A stretch of 64,000 nucleotides of DNA. It comes from Mobula birostris. Its lineage: Eukaryota. Shown piece after piece: positions 49,606 through 61,794 of this stretch; positions within the stretch are counted from its first letter, which is position 1; every line of letters starts with the position of its first letter. Below the pieces are notes generated by a model. The model was not told where the DNA came from. It did not search any database and worked only from the letters and a program-made list of their open reading frames with translations. A program made the position numbers and the translations under genes. Where the stretch lies: contig NC_092373.1 of the NCBI RefSeq assembly GCF_030028105.1, positions 147,289,556-147,353,555 of the forward strand. Reading direction: 5' to 3'.

Positions 49606-52010
49606 TCAGTTCATAGTAAGTTTATTATCAAAGTACATATATGTGTAATATATACTACCCTGAGATTCTTTATCTTGCAAGCATTCACGGTAAATACGAA
49701 GAAACACCATCAATGATAAAGCTGCGCACAACAAAGGCTGACAAACAATTGTGCAAATACAAAAGAGATAAACCAAAATAATAATCATAAATAAGTAATA
49801 GATATTGAGAACATGTGTTGTGGAGTCCTTGAAATTGAGTCCATAGACTATGGAATCAGTTCAGTGTTGGGGTGAGTGAAGTTATCCACCTTGGTTCAGG
49901 ACCTGATTGTTGAGGGGTAATAACTGTTCCTGAACCTGGTGATGTCAGACCTAAGGCTCCTATGCTTCCATCTTGTTGGCAGCAGTGAGAAGAGAGCATG
50001 GACCTGCTGGTGGGGGACTTTGATGATGGATGCTGCTTTCCTGCAACAGAGCTCCTTGTAGATCTGTTCAATGAAGGGGAGGGCTTTATCTGTGATGGAC
50101 TGGGTAGTATCCATAATGTTTTGAAGGCTTTTCTGTTCAGGGGCTTGATGTTTCCATCCCAACACATGATGTAACCAGGTAGTATACTCTCCCTCGTGCA
50201 TCTATAGAAGTTGTCAAAGCTTTAGGTGACATGCCAAATCTTCACAAACCTCTAAGTAGAGGCAGTGTTGTACTTTCTTGTAATGCCATTTACATGCTGG
50301 ACCAGGGACCAATCCTCTGAAATGTTAATGCTGAAGAACTTAATGATACCGACGCTCTCCACCTCTAATCCCCTGATGAGGACTGGCTCATGGGCCTCTG
50401 GTTTCCTCCTCCTGTAGACAATCTGTTCTTTGGTTTTGCTGATATTGATTTGCTGTAGTTGTGACACCATTCAGACAGAATTTCATTCTCCCTCCTATAT
50501 GCTGTTTCAACACCATGTTTCGTTTGGCCCAATCAGTGGTGTCATAAGCAAACTTAAATATGGCATTGGAGTTGTACTTAGCCTCATAGTCACAGGCATA
50601 AAGTGAATAGACCTTGTGGTGCACCTGTGCTGATGGTGATTGAGAAGGAGATATTGTTACCAATCGGAGCTGACTGAAGTACGCAAGTAATAAAAGCAAG
50701 GATCCAGTTGTGCAAGGTGGCATCGAGGCATCTTCATTGTCCAGATGATCCAGGGTTGAATGAAGAGTGAATGAAATTGCATTTGTTGTTGGCCTGTTGT
50801 GAAATTAGGCAGACTGGAGTGAATCCAAGTCACTCCTTAGGCAGTGTTGATATGCTTTTTTTCACCAACCTCAAAGCACTTCATCACAGTGGATGTAAGT
50901 GTTACTGGAAGACAGCCATTGAAGCAGGTAACTATGTTCTTCTCGGGCACCAGTATGATTGAAGCCTGCTTGAGGCAGGTGGGTACCTGGACTGCCAAAA
51001 TGAGAGGTTAAAGATATCAGTAAACACTCCAGCCAGTTGATTAGCACAGGTCTTCAGTACTTGGCCAGATACACTGACTGGGTCACATGCTTTCTGAAGG
51101 TTCACCCTCCTAAAGATGCTCTCATGTTGGCTTCAGATCCTGATATCACAGGATCGTCAGGGGCTTTGGGAATTTGTGAAGTTGACTCCATGTTCTGTCA
51201 ATCAAATCAAGCATAAAAGGCATTGAGCTCACCTGGGAACAAAATCTTGTTGTCTCCCATGTCACTTGGTTTTACTTTGTAGGAGGTGATACCATTCAAG
51301 CTCTGCCATAGCTGTCGAATATCCTTCTGTGATTCCAGTTTGGTACTGAATAGCACTTCATGTGTGAGATGGCTTTCTGGAGATCATACCTGGATCTGTT
51401 GTACTCTCCTTAGCACTGAACTAGCTAGCCATCAGCAGATTGTGGATCTCTTGGTTCATCCAGGGCTTCTGGTGGGGAAGACTGAATGATATTGTGGGAA
51501 CACACTCATCTACGTGTGTCATTATAAAGTCTATGGTTATCATGGAATATTCATTCAGATCCTCTGATGACTCCTTGAATATAGACCAGCCCACCGGCTC
51601 AAAACAATCCTATAGCCTCTCCTCTGCCTCATGTAACCTCCTCGCTGTTGCCTTTACCTCTGGTGCCTTGCTCTTTAGCCTCTGCTGCAGGTGATATGCT
51701 AATGATAATCGGGCAGAGATTTCTTCAACCAAGCCTGATTGAAGTCCCACCATATGAAAGGCTGTGGGGTAGGCTGTTTCCTGTTTACTAATAGCTTTTG
51801 GTGGCACGAAAACTGTGGTCAAGCTCATGGAGGAGAGCTCTCTTGGCAAGTACAATGGATGTACTTAATCATTAGCTGTTCCAGTTTGGGAGAACAAGAA
51901 TGCGACAATACAGCTATATCCGAGCACCACAAAGTGTTTATCATGAAGCATAGACTCCTGCCTCTTGCCTTTATGCAGTGTGGACAAATAATCGACAACT
52001 TTTCAATATA
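49606..52010 (-). mobile_element. Long decayed Rex1/Babar-like LINE (endonuclease remnant, RT, 3' tail)
   Basis: YLPRELSSM..TVFVPP (EN), FKFAYDTT, INISKTKE and CRKAASIIKVPHQQVHALFSLLP..RFRNSYYP. Confidence 0.88.
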
Positions 52011-52149
52011 ATATGTGAATAAAATTGAGACAACCACACAGATTTAAACCACCACTTTACATTTCATTTGAAGTTCAGGTGCAAATTTCAGATGGAACTG
52101 TTTGAGTCAAGCTCAAAGTTTTATCTTTGAGGAAAGGGTAAGATGAGGA

Positions 52150-53465
52150 TGCACACACCAGTCCTCACAGAAGGATCAGAAGTGGAAAGAGTAAGAAATT
52201 TCATGTCAACATCTCTGAGGATCCATCCAGGACCTAACATAATCATACAGCTTTAAAGAAGACATGATGGTGGCTATATTTCAATAGGAGCTGAGGAGAT
52301 TTTGTATGTCACTAAAGACATACCACGCAGAGCATTCAAGCTGGCTGCATCACCGTCTGGTGTGGGTGGTGGTGGGGGCGGGGGGGCTTGCTACTGCACA
52401 GGATCGAAAGAAGCGCCAGGATGTTGTCAACTCCAACATAGGCACTAGTTCCATCATGAGCACCAGCTTCAGTAGCATTCAGGACATCTTCAAAGAGTGA
52501 AATCTCAAAAAGGTGGCATCCATCATTAAGGAGCCCATCATCACCCAGAATATGCTCTCTTCTCATTCCTCCCATCAGGAAGGAGCTACAGGAGACTTTG
52601 AATGGACATTGAAGCCATGAACACTACTTTACTACTTTTGCACTACTTACTTACATTTGTAATCTCATGCCCTGGTAATAAATAAATACATATATATATA
52701 TATATATAGCCTTTGTTCATATTTTAACTGTTACGTTGTATGTATATCATTTGGCAGTTCTGTAAGAGCAGCTTGTTTTCAGTTTGCTCTGTATTCAACT
52801 TGTTCGGGTTATTGTTGAAGATAAGAGAAGAGGAGAAATGTGTGCTATCCAGTTAGGATGGTTGAATTAAGGGGAGATTTCTCTACTGAGGGACAATAAG
52901 ATTGGTCTTGGGTTTTTGGTTTGGCGGGAGATGAATAGAGAAGACACCGGGGGAACCAGTCGTAGCATACAATCTGGTGGGAGACCTGTTAGTTTGAGAC
53001 AGATTGCGAGCAATATTCAGAAGGTGCTGTGGGCCTTCACACTGACTGAGGGCCCAGCACATGAGTGACAGAGGTCCAGGATGAGCTCCAACGTGCACAT
53101 ATGACTGTTTAATTGGAGTGGGCTCTTTTCCTTTTGTTATTCTTTACTAACCCTTTATTAAGATTCGTAAAGATAATTTCTTTAGTCATATGCAGTGTGC
53201 TGTCTGTTATTTCATGGCACGAATTTGTAACAAGGTAGCAAATTTCACAGCATCCACATCCAGGGTTTTGGGTGGGATCCAGCCATTTGGTGGGACTTGA
53301 GAGTGTCTTCCCTAGATTTACGCATAGCCAAGGAAACCAGGGTGTTTCATATATAACTGTAATTTACAGTTTTCATTATTATGTATTGAATTGTATTGCT
53401 GCCGCAAAGACAACAAATTTCATGACATATGCCAATAATATCAAACCAGATTCTGATTCTGAATT
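52150..53465 (+). mobile_element. Rex-like LINE 3' fragment interrupted by a solo LTR
   Basis: 'gtggcatccatcattaaggagccc' (ASIIKEP). The tail resumes after 53350 and ends in (ATTCTG)n. Confidence 0.75.
52663..53349 (+). mobile_element. Solo LTR of a family related to the 59877-63980 element
   Basis: Imperfect inverted ends 'tctcatgccctgg...ccagggtgtttca'. It shares the U5 motifs 'cacagcatccaca' and 'ttccctaga' with the minus strand of the 59877/63284 LTRs. No clean TSD. Confidence 0.65.
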
Positions 53466-53852
53466 TTACTTGTTGCATTCATTGACAGTTGGAATTGCAT
53501 ACAGTTTATGTATAACTGAGGATATCAGTGGAAAGTAAAAGCAGGCAAGCATTATTTTTGCTAGGTTCAGAACAGCAATATGAATCTTTGTGTAGTGCAG
53601 TCAACTTTAAGGCAAATCAAACTGATGACCACAAGAATTATTAGTATAATGAGAATTCGCTTGTTACCACTTACAATGATCATTCTGTAAATGCATAAGT
53701 AGATTTTGCTGATTTCTCTTTCTAGCAGTGTCTTGGGTCAAAAATAATTTGCTTCCAGTATAATTTCAATGCTCCTGAGGTGACTAATGAATCCTATGTG
53801 GTATCTACAGACTCTGCCAGTCTGTTGAAGCAGATGGAGCTTCATTTGATAG

Positions 53853-54014
53853 TGTTGTGTATTTAATATTTCATAAATATTTGAGTAATCTTGTAAATAT
53901 ATTGTTTGATTAAGCATTCCTTGTTTATATAATGCATTGTGGGTTTAAATGTAAAAGAACATAAATGATACACATCATTACACTACCACGACATACATAT
54001 GCATCTCACTAAGG
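53853..54014 (+). mobile_element. Short LTR (5' part) interrupted by the hAT element
   Basis: TG start and homology to 22797-22930. A few LTR-like bases resume at 57626. Confidence 0.55.
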
Positions 54015-56694
54015 CAGTGTTTTCCAACCTTCTTTAAATCAGAGACTGGAATGATGAAGGAATAGAACATCATGAAGGATGCAGATTAGTCAGACTAAAC
54101 ACTGCTGTACAACCCTGCTGTTTTGATACAGGTGCAAACACTTCAATACTAAATTCTAATATTATTGAAGGCAATAAACTACTTTGCCAATGCCCCTCCA
54201 AGCACCTTCATACTTGCTGATGTCCCCTAAAGCACCTTCATACTTATCAACACCCCTTTTGGGCACAATGTGGCTTTAAAACATTCTACCATATGCTAAC
54301 ATGAGAAAAATGACACTGCTTTAAATTTTTATTTGTCTTTAAACCACAGTATCTGTGTTCAGTACAGCAGCTTCGATATCAATGTGATCTTTGAGCTTGA
54401 TGGCTTTTAGCAAGAGTTGAAATATCTGGTTCAAGTTACAACAGCAAATGTCTTAAGCCCCCATGTGTAACATGTCCAAGTGGTTTCTGTTTTTTTGTGA
54501 GTATGTGGTTCACTGCACTGAAACCTCTTTCAACAAGGTAGGAGGATGGAAAGGCAATGAAAAATAGTTTGGCTCTTTGCCAAAGACCAGAAAACTTTGT
54601 ATGACAGTGTAGCCACATACCACGAAAGCTGACATTTTTAAAAAGAATTTTTGATTCTTCATCATTCTGAATTTTGATCATTTCTTCTTACAAGATCTCT
54701 TCCTGTTCTTCCATCTTGCAAAGAAATGGGTTAATTACCTAGAATTTCTTCAGTGACTACAGGTGTAAGCAGTACTCTTGCAAATTACCATCTATGAAAG
54801 GGAGTGCCGTACTTTCCATGCAGGGAAACTGTGAGAACATTCTTCCAATTCTTTGAAAAATATTTCTAATTTTCCAATAAGAGTGGATACTGCACTTTTT
54901 GCCTGGATTAATTTGAAATTCTCACCCTGCAGTTTCATACTTAGAATGTTCATTTTGTCATACAGATCGGCTAGGTATGTCACATCTCCATGTAGAAGTT
55001 CAATCTTGTTTCCCAAGCTCTTGTTGACTTTGAACAAAAATTCAACCACAGTGTCAAAATGATCAAATAAGCATTTTAAGCAGCAGTCTTTTGACAGCCA
55101 ACACACTTCAGAGTGATGAAGCAAGCATTCAAACTCTTCATCAGTATCTTGGCCTAACTGATGAAACGTTTTGCTATTTAATGGATGAATTTTAATTCTG
55201 TTGATAGCAGATATTATAAGAGTCATGCTTGGGGAAAAAAAAGTCACTGGCTGAGGATTCTGCCTGCGAGATGTTGATGATGAATTACACAATGGATTGC
55301 AAACAGACATGGAGTTCCTTTTTTCAAAAATGCCACTAAACCAGCATGGTGAACTGTTATACATGATACTCCATCTGCTGAACAAGAAATTATGTTCCTA
55401 ATCAGAAAACTTTTATCCTCAGTATACATTTTTATTACATTTGTAGATTGATTTTCTGGTGATATTATTTTTAAACTTTTTTTACAAAAGTGAATCTCTT
55501 CATAAACTTTTCCATTTTTGATAAACCGTGTATATGCCATTAGCAATGCCTCATTGTCACGCACAGATGGTTCATTCAGTTGAATCCCAAATTCTGTTTT
55601 TTGTAGCTCTGTGCATAGTTGATACTCAATGTCTTCATTCATTTCTTCAACACGATAAGCTGCAGAGTTATTACTCAGAGGAGTTGTTTTTAAAATACCA
55701 GTATCCATTTTGAAAATAGTGGCGAGTACTTCTGATACAGCAGTCATTAATCTTTCACCAATTGTATGAGATTTTCCACACTTTGCTATCATTTTGGAAA
55801 TGTTATAACAAACAGACCATTATCAAGGTTATTTTTAGCTTTCTTAACAAACGATTTGAGCCTGCGACACTTTTCAAATGCTCCTCTCATCCTCTGGAAC
55901 CCAGTAAAACCATAAGTAGCCTTTTCAGGCTGTCTGTTATGGAAGTGTTCCTGCAATCTTGATGGTTTCATGGCTTCATTAGACAGTACAGTATTGCAAA
56001 TAAGACACATGGAGTGTTGTTGATCTGATGGGAATGGAATAGAACCTTACTCCAGGTATGTAACATAGTACTGACAGACTTTCAAGCAACACATACTAAA
56101 AGTGCTGGTGAATGCAGCAGGCCAGGCTGAATACCTACGCTCTGTGCGCCAGAGAAAGCAGGATCTCCCAGTGGTCACACATTTTAATTCCACGTTCCAT
56201 TCCCATGCTGATATGTCTATTCACGGCCTCCTCTACTGTCAAGGTGAAGCCACTCTCAGGTTGGAGGAACAACACCTTATTCCGTCTGGGTAGCCTCCAA
56301 CCTGATGGCATGAACATTGACTTCTCTAACTTCCGTTAATACCCCAGCTCCCCTTCGTACCCCATTCCTTATTTATTTATTTATTTATTTATTTACTTAT
56401 CTATCTATCTATTTATTAATTGTTGTTTTCTTTCCCCTTTTTTCTCTTTTCTCCTTCTGTCCCTCTCACTATAACTCCTTGCCCATCCTCTGGGCTGGCT
56501 TTCCCTCCCTCCCTCCCTCCCCCTTTCTTTTTCACTAGGCCTCCCGTCCCATGATCCTCTCCCTTCTCCGGCCTCATATCCCTTTTACCAATCAACTTTC
56601 CAGCTCTTGGCTCTATCCCTCCCCCTCCTGTCTTCTCCTATCATTTTGGATCTCCCCATCCCACTTTCAAATCTCTTATTATCTCTTCTCTCAG

Positions 56695-56732
56695 TAGTCC
56701 TGATGAAGGGTCTCGGCCCAAAACGTCGACTG
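56695..56732 (+). ncRNA. Degenerate minimal type-I hammerhead ribozyme motif in the Penelope terminal repeat
   Basis: TAGTC-CTGATGA-AGGGTCTCGGCCC-AAAA-CGTC-GACTG gives stem I, the CUGAUGA box, stem II and a GUC site. The catalytic G12 is mutated to A. Confidence 0.7.
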
Positions 56733-56767
56733 TACCTCTTCCTATAGATGCTGCCTGGCCTGCTGCA

Positions 56768-57237
56768 TTGTTGTGTGCTGGGGCAGCAGGCTGAGGGTAG
56801 CAGACACCAACAGAATCAACAAACTCATCCGTAAGGCCCGTGATGTTGCGGGGATGGAACTGGACTCTCTCATGGTGGTGTTTGAAAAGAGGATGCTCTC
56901 TAAGTTGCATGCCATCTTGGTCAATGTCTCCCATCCACTACATAATGGTGGATGTGGGCACAGGAGTACATTCAGCCAGAGACTCATTCCACCAAGATGC
57001 AGCACAGAGCATCATAGGAAGTCATTCCTGCCTGTGGCCATCAAACTTTACAACTCCTCCCTTGGAGGGTCAGACACCCTGAGCCAATAGGCTGGTCCTG
57101 GACTTATTTCATAATTTACTGGCATAATTTACATACTACTATTTAACTATTTATGGTTCTATTACTATTTATTATTTATGGTGCAACTGTAATGAAAACC
57201 AATTTCCCCTGGGATCAATAAGGTATGACTATGACTA
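56768..57237 (+). mobile_element. Rex1 LINE 3' end nested in the Penelope element
   Basis: CWGSRLRVADTNRINKLIRKA..SHPLH..RLIPPRCSTEHHRKSFLPVAIKLYN and 'gggatcaataaggtatgactatgacta' tail. Confidence 0.9.
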
Positions 57238-57639
57238 TTCTCCAGCATTTTTTATGTGTGTTGCTTGAATTTCCAGCATCTACAGATTTCCTTGTGATTG
57301 ATGGACTTTCTGTAGTTTCTGTTTCTTTGCAGGATTAGAATTCAAGGCTTCAGGCTCAGAGATTTTGTATGTATTTATCCATCATTAATGGGGCTAAATT
57401 AAAATTGAAAATTAGCACAAACTGGGAATACCTTTGGGATGCTGATGACGGCAGTGAGTTGACACAGTTGGTCAGGTCTCGTGCCTTAAGTTAGAGTGCT
57501 GTTTACCACCTCCCCCCCCCCCCCCCCCCCCCACCAGCCCAAGAAACTTGAATGCCCCCCTGCCGATGACTTCTGTTTTCCCCTAACAACCATCGGGGGT
57601 GGTACTGCTTCGTTGGGAATCACACCACTTAAGTAAAAA

Positions 57640-57835
57640 TGCAGTTCGCGCACCTTCCGAACTGTTCAACAGACGACGCCATTGCCATCACCCTCCTCCT
57701 GGCCCTAACCCACCTGGACAAAAAAGACATGTACATTCGAATGCTGTTCATAGACTTCAGTTCAGCATTCAACAGAATCATTCCTCAGAAACTGATTGGA
57801 AAGCTGAGCCTACTGGGCCTGAACACCTCCCTCAG
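57640..57835 (+). mobile_element. Rex1-like RT fragment
   Basis: [29 protein letters not shown]. Confidence 0.85.
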
Positions 57836-58249
57836 TGTCTCAGTTTCTTGCAATATGCTTCCTAACAATATGAGCAATCTTGTATTAGAGATTCTTATGA
57901 GTTGTAGAGGAGGTTTGAGAACATCCTTGAGACAATTGGGATACTTCATTATTTCAAGTCAGACTAGAACACATCTTTGAGTTGTTTCCTCAGTACACCC
58001 AGAAAAATCTGATATTGGTTCATTTATCCTTCCAGTGAATTTGGATGATAATTGAGTATAGAGTTTGAGTATAGGGTCTCTAAAATAGTAATGAACACCA
58101 AAGTCAGAGCTATGGCATGGAATTATCCAGGAATTAGGATGCAAAGGATGACTCCATGCACAAAGCAGACCAACCATGTGTGAATACTTTCCTTTGAGGT
58201 CACAGAAGATTGCAGATGTTAGTGAGGACATATGGAGGATGAATGCATT

Positions 58250-59872
58250 CTGTTTAAATAGCTTCATAGGAAAGGCAGATAATAGTGCAGAAGATGAGAT
58301 AGCTGGTTTACAGTGCCAATGTACAGTGAGAAGAGGCTGTTGATAGGGCAAAATTGCAGTCAACAGGATAAATTGCAATGTAAAAGGTGGAAAAAATTGA
58401 AAAGGGTGAATAAAGGACTGAAGGTGTTGCATTTGAATGCGCGCAGTATACGGAATAAGGTAAATGAGCGTGCAGCACAGTTGTAGATTGGCAGGTATGA
58501 TGTTGTAGTCATCACTACATGGTTGAAAGAAGATTAATGTCCATGGATACACATTGTATTGAAAGGACAGGCAGGAAGCCAGAGGGGGCGGTGTTGCTCT
58601 GTTGGTAAAAAAATAAAATTGAATCATTAGAGAGAGGTGACATAGGGCTGGAAAGTGTTGCATCATTGTGGATAGAGTTAAGGAACTGCAAGGATTAAAA
58701 ACTCTTTGATAGGAGTTGTACATAGACCCACAAACAGTAGTAAGGATGAGGGCTACAATTTATAACCGAAGATAGAATTTGCATGCCAAAAGGGCAATAT
58801 TACAATAGTCATTAGGGACTTCAATATGCAGGTAGATTGGGAAAATCAGGTTGGTGCTGGATTCCAGGATAGGGAATTTCTACAGTGCTTACGAGATGGC
58901 TTTTTAGAGCAGCTCATGGTTGAGCCCACTAGAGGATCAGCTATTCTGGATTGGGTATTGTGCAATGAACCAGAATTGATCTGAAACCTTAAGGTGAAGA
59001 ACCCTTAGGGGCAAGTGATTATAATATGTTCAAATTCACCCTGAAATTTCAGAATGAGAAGTTAGTCAGATGTATTAGTATTATGGTGAAGTAAAGGGAA
59101 TTACAGAGGCATGAGAGAGGAGTTGGCTAGAAGTGATTGGGGGGAAAAAACACTGGCAGGGATGATGGCAGGTAAGCAATATCTGGAATTTCTAGAAGCA
59201 ATTCGGAAGGCACAGGATATATACATCCCAAAGAGGAAGAAGTATTCTAAAGGAAAGATGACACAACCATGACTAACAAGAGAAATAAAAGCCAACATAA
59301 AAGCTAAAGAGAGGGCATGTAATAGGGCAAAAACTAGAGGTAAATTAGAGGATTGGGAGGGTTTTAAAAACCAGCAGAAGGCAACTAAAAAGTCATTATG
59401 AAAGATAAGGAAAATGAAAATAAGTGAGCCAATAATATTAAAGAGGATACCAGAAGTTTCTTCAGGTACATAAAGTGTAAAAGGGTGGTGAGTGGATATC
59501 AGACTGCTGGAAAACAATGCTGCAGAGGTAGTGATGAAGGACAAGGAAATGTCAGATGAACTGAATAAGTATTTTTTTGCATCTTGGTAGGGTCTAAGAG
59601 CAGAGTACACAGCCTTGAAATTGAGGGGGCTCTGTTTAGAACAGAGATGAGGAGGGATTTATTTAGCCAGAGTGTGGTGAATCTGTGGAGTTCTTTGCAG
59701 CTGTGGAGGCCAAGTCTTTATGTATATTTAAGGTAGTAGTTGATAAATTCTTGATTGGTCAGGGCATGAAGAGATATGGGGAGATGGCAGGAGATTGGGA
59801 CTGAGAGGACAATTGGATCAGACTCAATGGACCAAATGGCCTAATTCTGCTCCTATATCTTATGGTATTATG
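58250..59872 (+). mobile_element. CR1 LINE, endonuclease region joined to the 3' end (RT deleted)
   Basis: LKVLHLNARSIRNKV, GGGVALLV, GVVHRP and RDFN motifs. It jumps near 59585 to the 3' UTR ending '(tatggt)n'. Confidence 0.88.
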
Positions 59873-59876
59873 GTGT

Positions 59877-60574
59877 TGTAGCCCCCCTGGCCACCCTCAG
59901 GGTCACTCGGCTCGCTGTCGTCTAGGGAAACAGCCTCGGCCCCGCCAAACTGGGTAATCAGTTTGTGTGGATGCTGTGTGAGGTACCCCACCCCGCCCAA
60001 ATAACAGACCATACACCAGATGCAATTAAATGATGTACAGTTTATAGATATTACTAGAACTATATAATTAAAAGAGAATAAAATATAAAAGGAAAATAAA
60101 AGGCGCCACACTTATCAATGTTCAATCTCTTCGTGCACAAAAAAATCCCGTTGGAGCTCAAGGACCTTCTTCACCCTGCGACCCCCTCGGACCACCTCGA
60201 CCGGCCGCCTGGGATCAACAACGGTGGTCGACCAGATGCTCCACACGAATCTGTCTCCGTCTCCTTGCCGAATATCCCGCTCGGGGTCCGACCCTGTTAG
60301 CGGACTCACAGCACCTCGTCCATCCTCTATCTCGCTCTCCCGCCTTCTGCCCCCAAAACCCCCTCGCAAACAGTATCTTCAAATACACCAAAACCATAAC
60401 AACTATCCTAATTGGTTAATAACGTATTTCTTATCACCCTCTAAACCACAACAAGCCGCTAGCGCAAACTTTCTCAGCGTTTAAGACAACAAAGCCACAT
60501 CCCCCAGATTAACATAACAAAGATGCCATTTTAATTAGCCGCCGCAGTAACATAAAAATCGAAACCTCCTTACA
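59877..60574 (-). repeat. 3' LTR (698 bp)
   Basis: TG...CA termini, preceded on the minus strand by the PPT. About 40 differences from the 5' LTR by manual count. Confidence 0.96.
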
Positions 60575-60590
60575 CTCCCCCCCCCCCACC
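60575..60590 (-). other. Polypurine tract
   Basis: The minus strand has a G-rich tract (GGT-G11-AG) immediately before the 3' LTR. Confidence 0.9.
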
Positions 60591-60845
60591 AAATAAAGTC
60601 ATGTCCTCATGATTTCTAAATAACTCACCACCCAGTCCTATAGACACACAACACACATACACAGATACACACAGTGACAGTGCTCCCCAAACAGTGGACC
60701 TTACTCTCGTCCCACGGGTGCTAAATAGGCCAACCTATGTGGGAGCTTCTTAACCCTCTGAGACCTCCGTACCCCTTCACCTAAACCCAAAAGGCTCAGA
60801 CACTACTAGGGATACCACGGGCCTGCTTGCCAACTCCTCTCTCAC

Positions 60846-61670
60846 TCAGGCCACCACTACAGCTCGGAGCCCCCAGTCCCGTGTCCAGGGCCCCGCCTCT
60901 CCTCCTTTCCAATCCTGCCGCAACTCAGACTGCCCACAGCTATCCCTCCCCACTACACCTGACTCAGTGGGAGAAGGGCCAAAGGTCTCTTCCTCAATCA
61001 CGGAGAAGTTAGCGAAAGGCAGCATGTTCCACATGTGCAGCACATCATCCTTCGAATCCGTATCCTTCCTCATCCCCTCGATCGATAGCTGCTGGTTAAG
61101 TTTCTCCAAACTGAAACATTTAGCCGGGGCTACCCCTTCAGCCTCCTGCAGTTGAGACGTCAGCTTCTTCGGGGACTCCTTCAACTTTCGCCACAGCCTC
61201 AGCAGTTCTGACTCAGGGTTCTTGGCCATCTCAATCTGGGATGCAGTTACCCCACCAGCTGCTTCCTCCCTGACCTGAAAAGCAGCAGTTAAAGGATGTT
61301 CAGCCTCCGGTTGTTTCTTCCTGAGGGCGTTCTCCAGGTCAACGTTCAGTTTTTCCACTTCATTTAAACTCGCGATAGTCACCTTCAGGTTCCTTTCAAG
61401 CGTCCGCCTCCATTTTCCGAGATCTGTCCTCCATTTCTTCACCTCGGGAGTGTAGTCAATCTCCTTTCCCTGGGCTCTCGGTTTTCTATTGACCTTAGTT
61501 AGAACACTTCCTTGATCTTCCTCAACTTGTAAATCTTCCAATCTGTTCTGAATGGACGTCTTGAGTTTCTGCTGATCCCTTTGAAGGTGGGTCATCGTTT
61601 CTTCTCGCTGGATTAATTCATCAGTACATGACCGCAGTGTGGTGCAAATCCCCTCTTCCCTGTGTCTCAT
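60846..61670 (-). CDS. 274-codon chimeric ORF: sarcomeric myosin rod mosaic (aa ~1-198) fused to the Gypsy pol C-terminal tail; expression unknown
   Basis: Supplied ORF. It contains [45 protein letters not shown] and [13 protein letters not shown], each matching myosin II rod motifs. Confidence 0.5.
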   Translation of the reverse strand: MRHREEGICTTLRSCTDELIQREETMTHLQRDQQKLKTSIQNRLEDLQVEEDQGSVLTKVNRKPRAQGKEIDYTPEVKKWRTDLGKWRRTLERNLKVTIASLNEVEKLNVDLENALRKKQPEAEHPLTAAFQVREEAAGGVTASQIEMAKNPESELLRLWRKLKESPKKLTSQLQEAEGVAPAKCFSLEKLNQQLSIEGMRKDTDSKDDVLHMWNMLPFANFSVIEEETFGPSPTESGVVGRDSCGQSELRQDWKGGEAGPWTRDWGLRAVVVA

Positions 61671-61790
61671 TCAGATTGACGACCTGGGTTTCCATCCCCC
61701 GGTCCACCACCATCTGTCCCAACACCAGGAAGTTCAACTGGTATGTCGGGTCATTTTCCTCACATTGCACCAAACTCCTCCAGCCAAAAA
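61077..61790 (-). pseudogene. Captured, intron-less sarcomeric myosin heavy-chain rod (S2/LMM) fragment, most similar to MYH16 by eye
   Basis: Collinear matches to recalled MYH motifs: QEKNDL, LDDLQAEEDKVNxLTK, EKKxRxDLERxKRKLEGDLK, RLEEAGGATSxQIEM and KKLAxRLQEAEE..[32 protein letters not shown] and ELLRL favour MYH16. Confidence 0.85.
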
Positions 61791-61794
61791 CTCC

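Larger units (their letters stand above)
56084..57303 (+). mobile_element. Penelope-like element 3' part (GIY-YIG C-terminus and terminal repeat) with a short inverted 5' segment
   Basis: EYLRSVRQRKQDLPVVTHFNS..LEEQHL..RLGSLQPDGMNIDFSNFR*. It is flanked by the direct repeat GACTTTC (56077-56083 and 57304-57310). Confidence 0.88.
54380..57383 (-). pseudogene. Disrupted hAT transposase (ZBED5/SCAND3/Buster-like)
   Basis: zf-BED CLICNTVLSNEAMKPSRL..H, IAKCGKSHTIGE, FGIQLNE, IHCVIH, HSEVCWLS and FPSSYLVERGFSAV. Multiple stops and frameshifts. Confidence 0.92.
54015..57625 (-). mobile_element. hAT Charlie/Buster-group DNA transposon, decayed, with nested insertions
   Basis: TIR CAGTGTTTTCCAAC at 54015, a degenerate partner GTTGGGAATCACAC at 57612-57625, and imperfect 8-bp flanks CACTAAGG / CACTTAAG (central TA typical of Buster-group targets). 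Confidence 0.85.

Noticed and set aside
54380-57383. Domesticated ZBED5/SCAND3-like gene
   Set aside because: It has multiple stops and frameshifts, nested insertions and flanking TIR/TSD, so it is a dead transposon.
57959-58723. 254-aa minus-strand ORF
   Set aside because: It is largely the antisense shadow of a CR1 endonuclease region and has no recognisable domain.
59860-60484. Duplicated small ORFs (83-98 aa) also seen at 63222-63805, as paralogous genes
   Set aside because: They are chance ORFs in the two LTR copies.
60846-61670. env gene or a genuine myosin gene exon
   Set aside because: There is no signal peptide, furin site or transmembrane segment. The myosin similarity is discontinuous, lacks splice sites and is embedded in pol between two LTRs.
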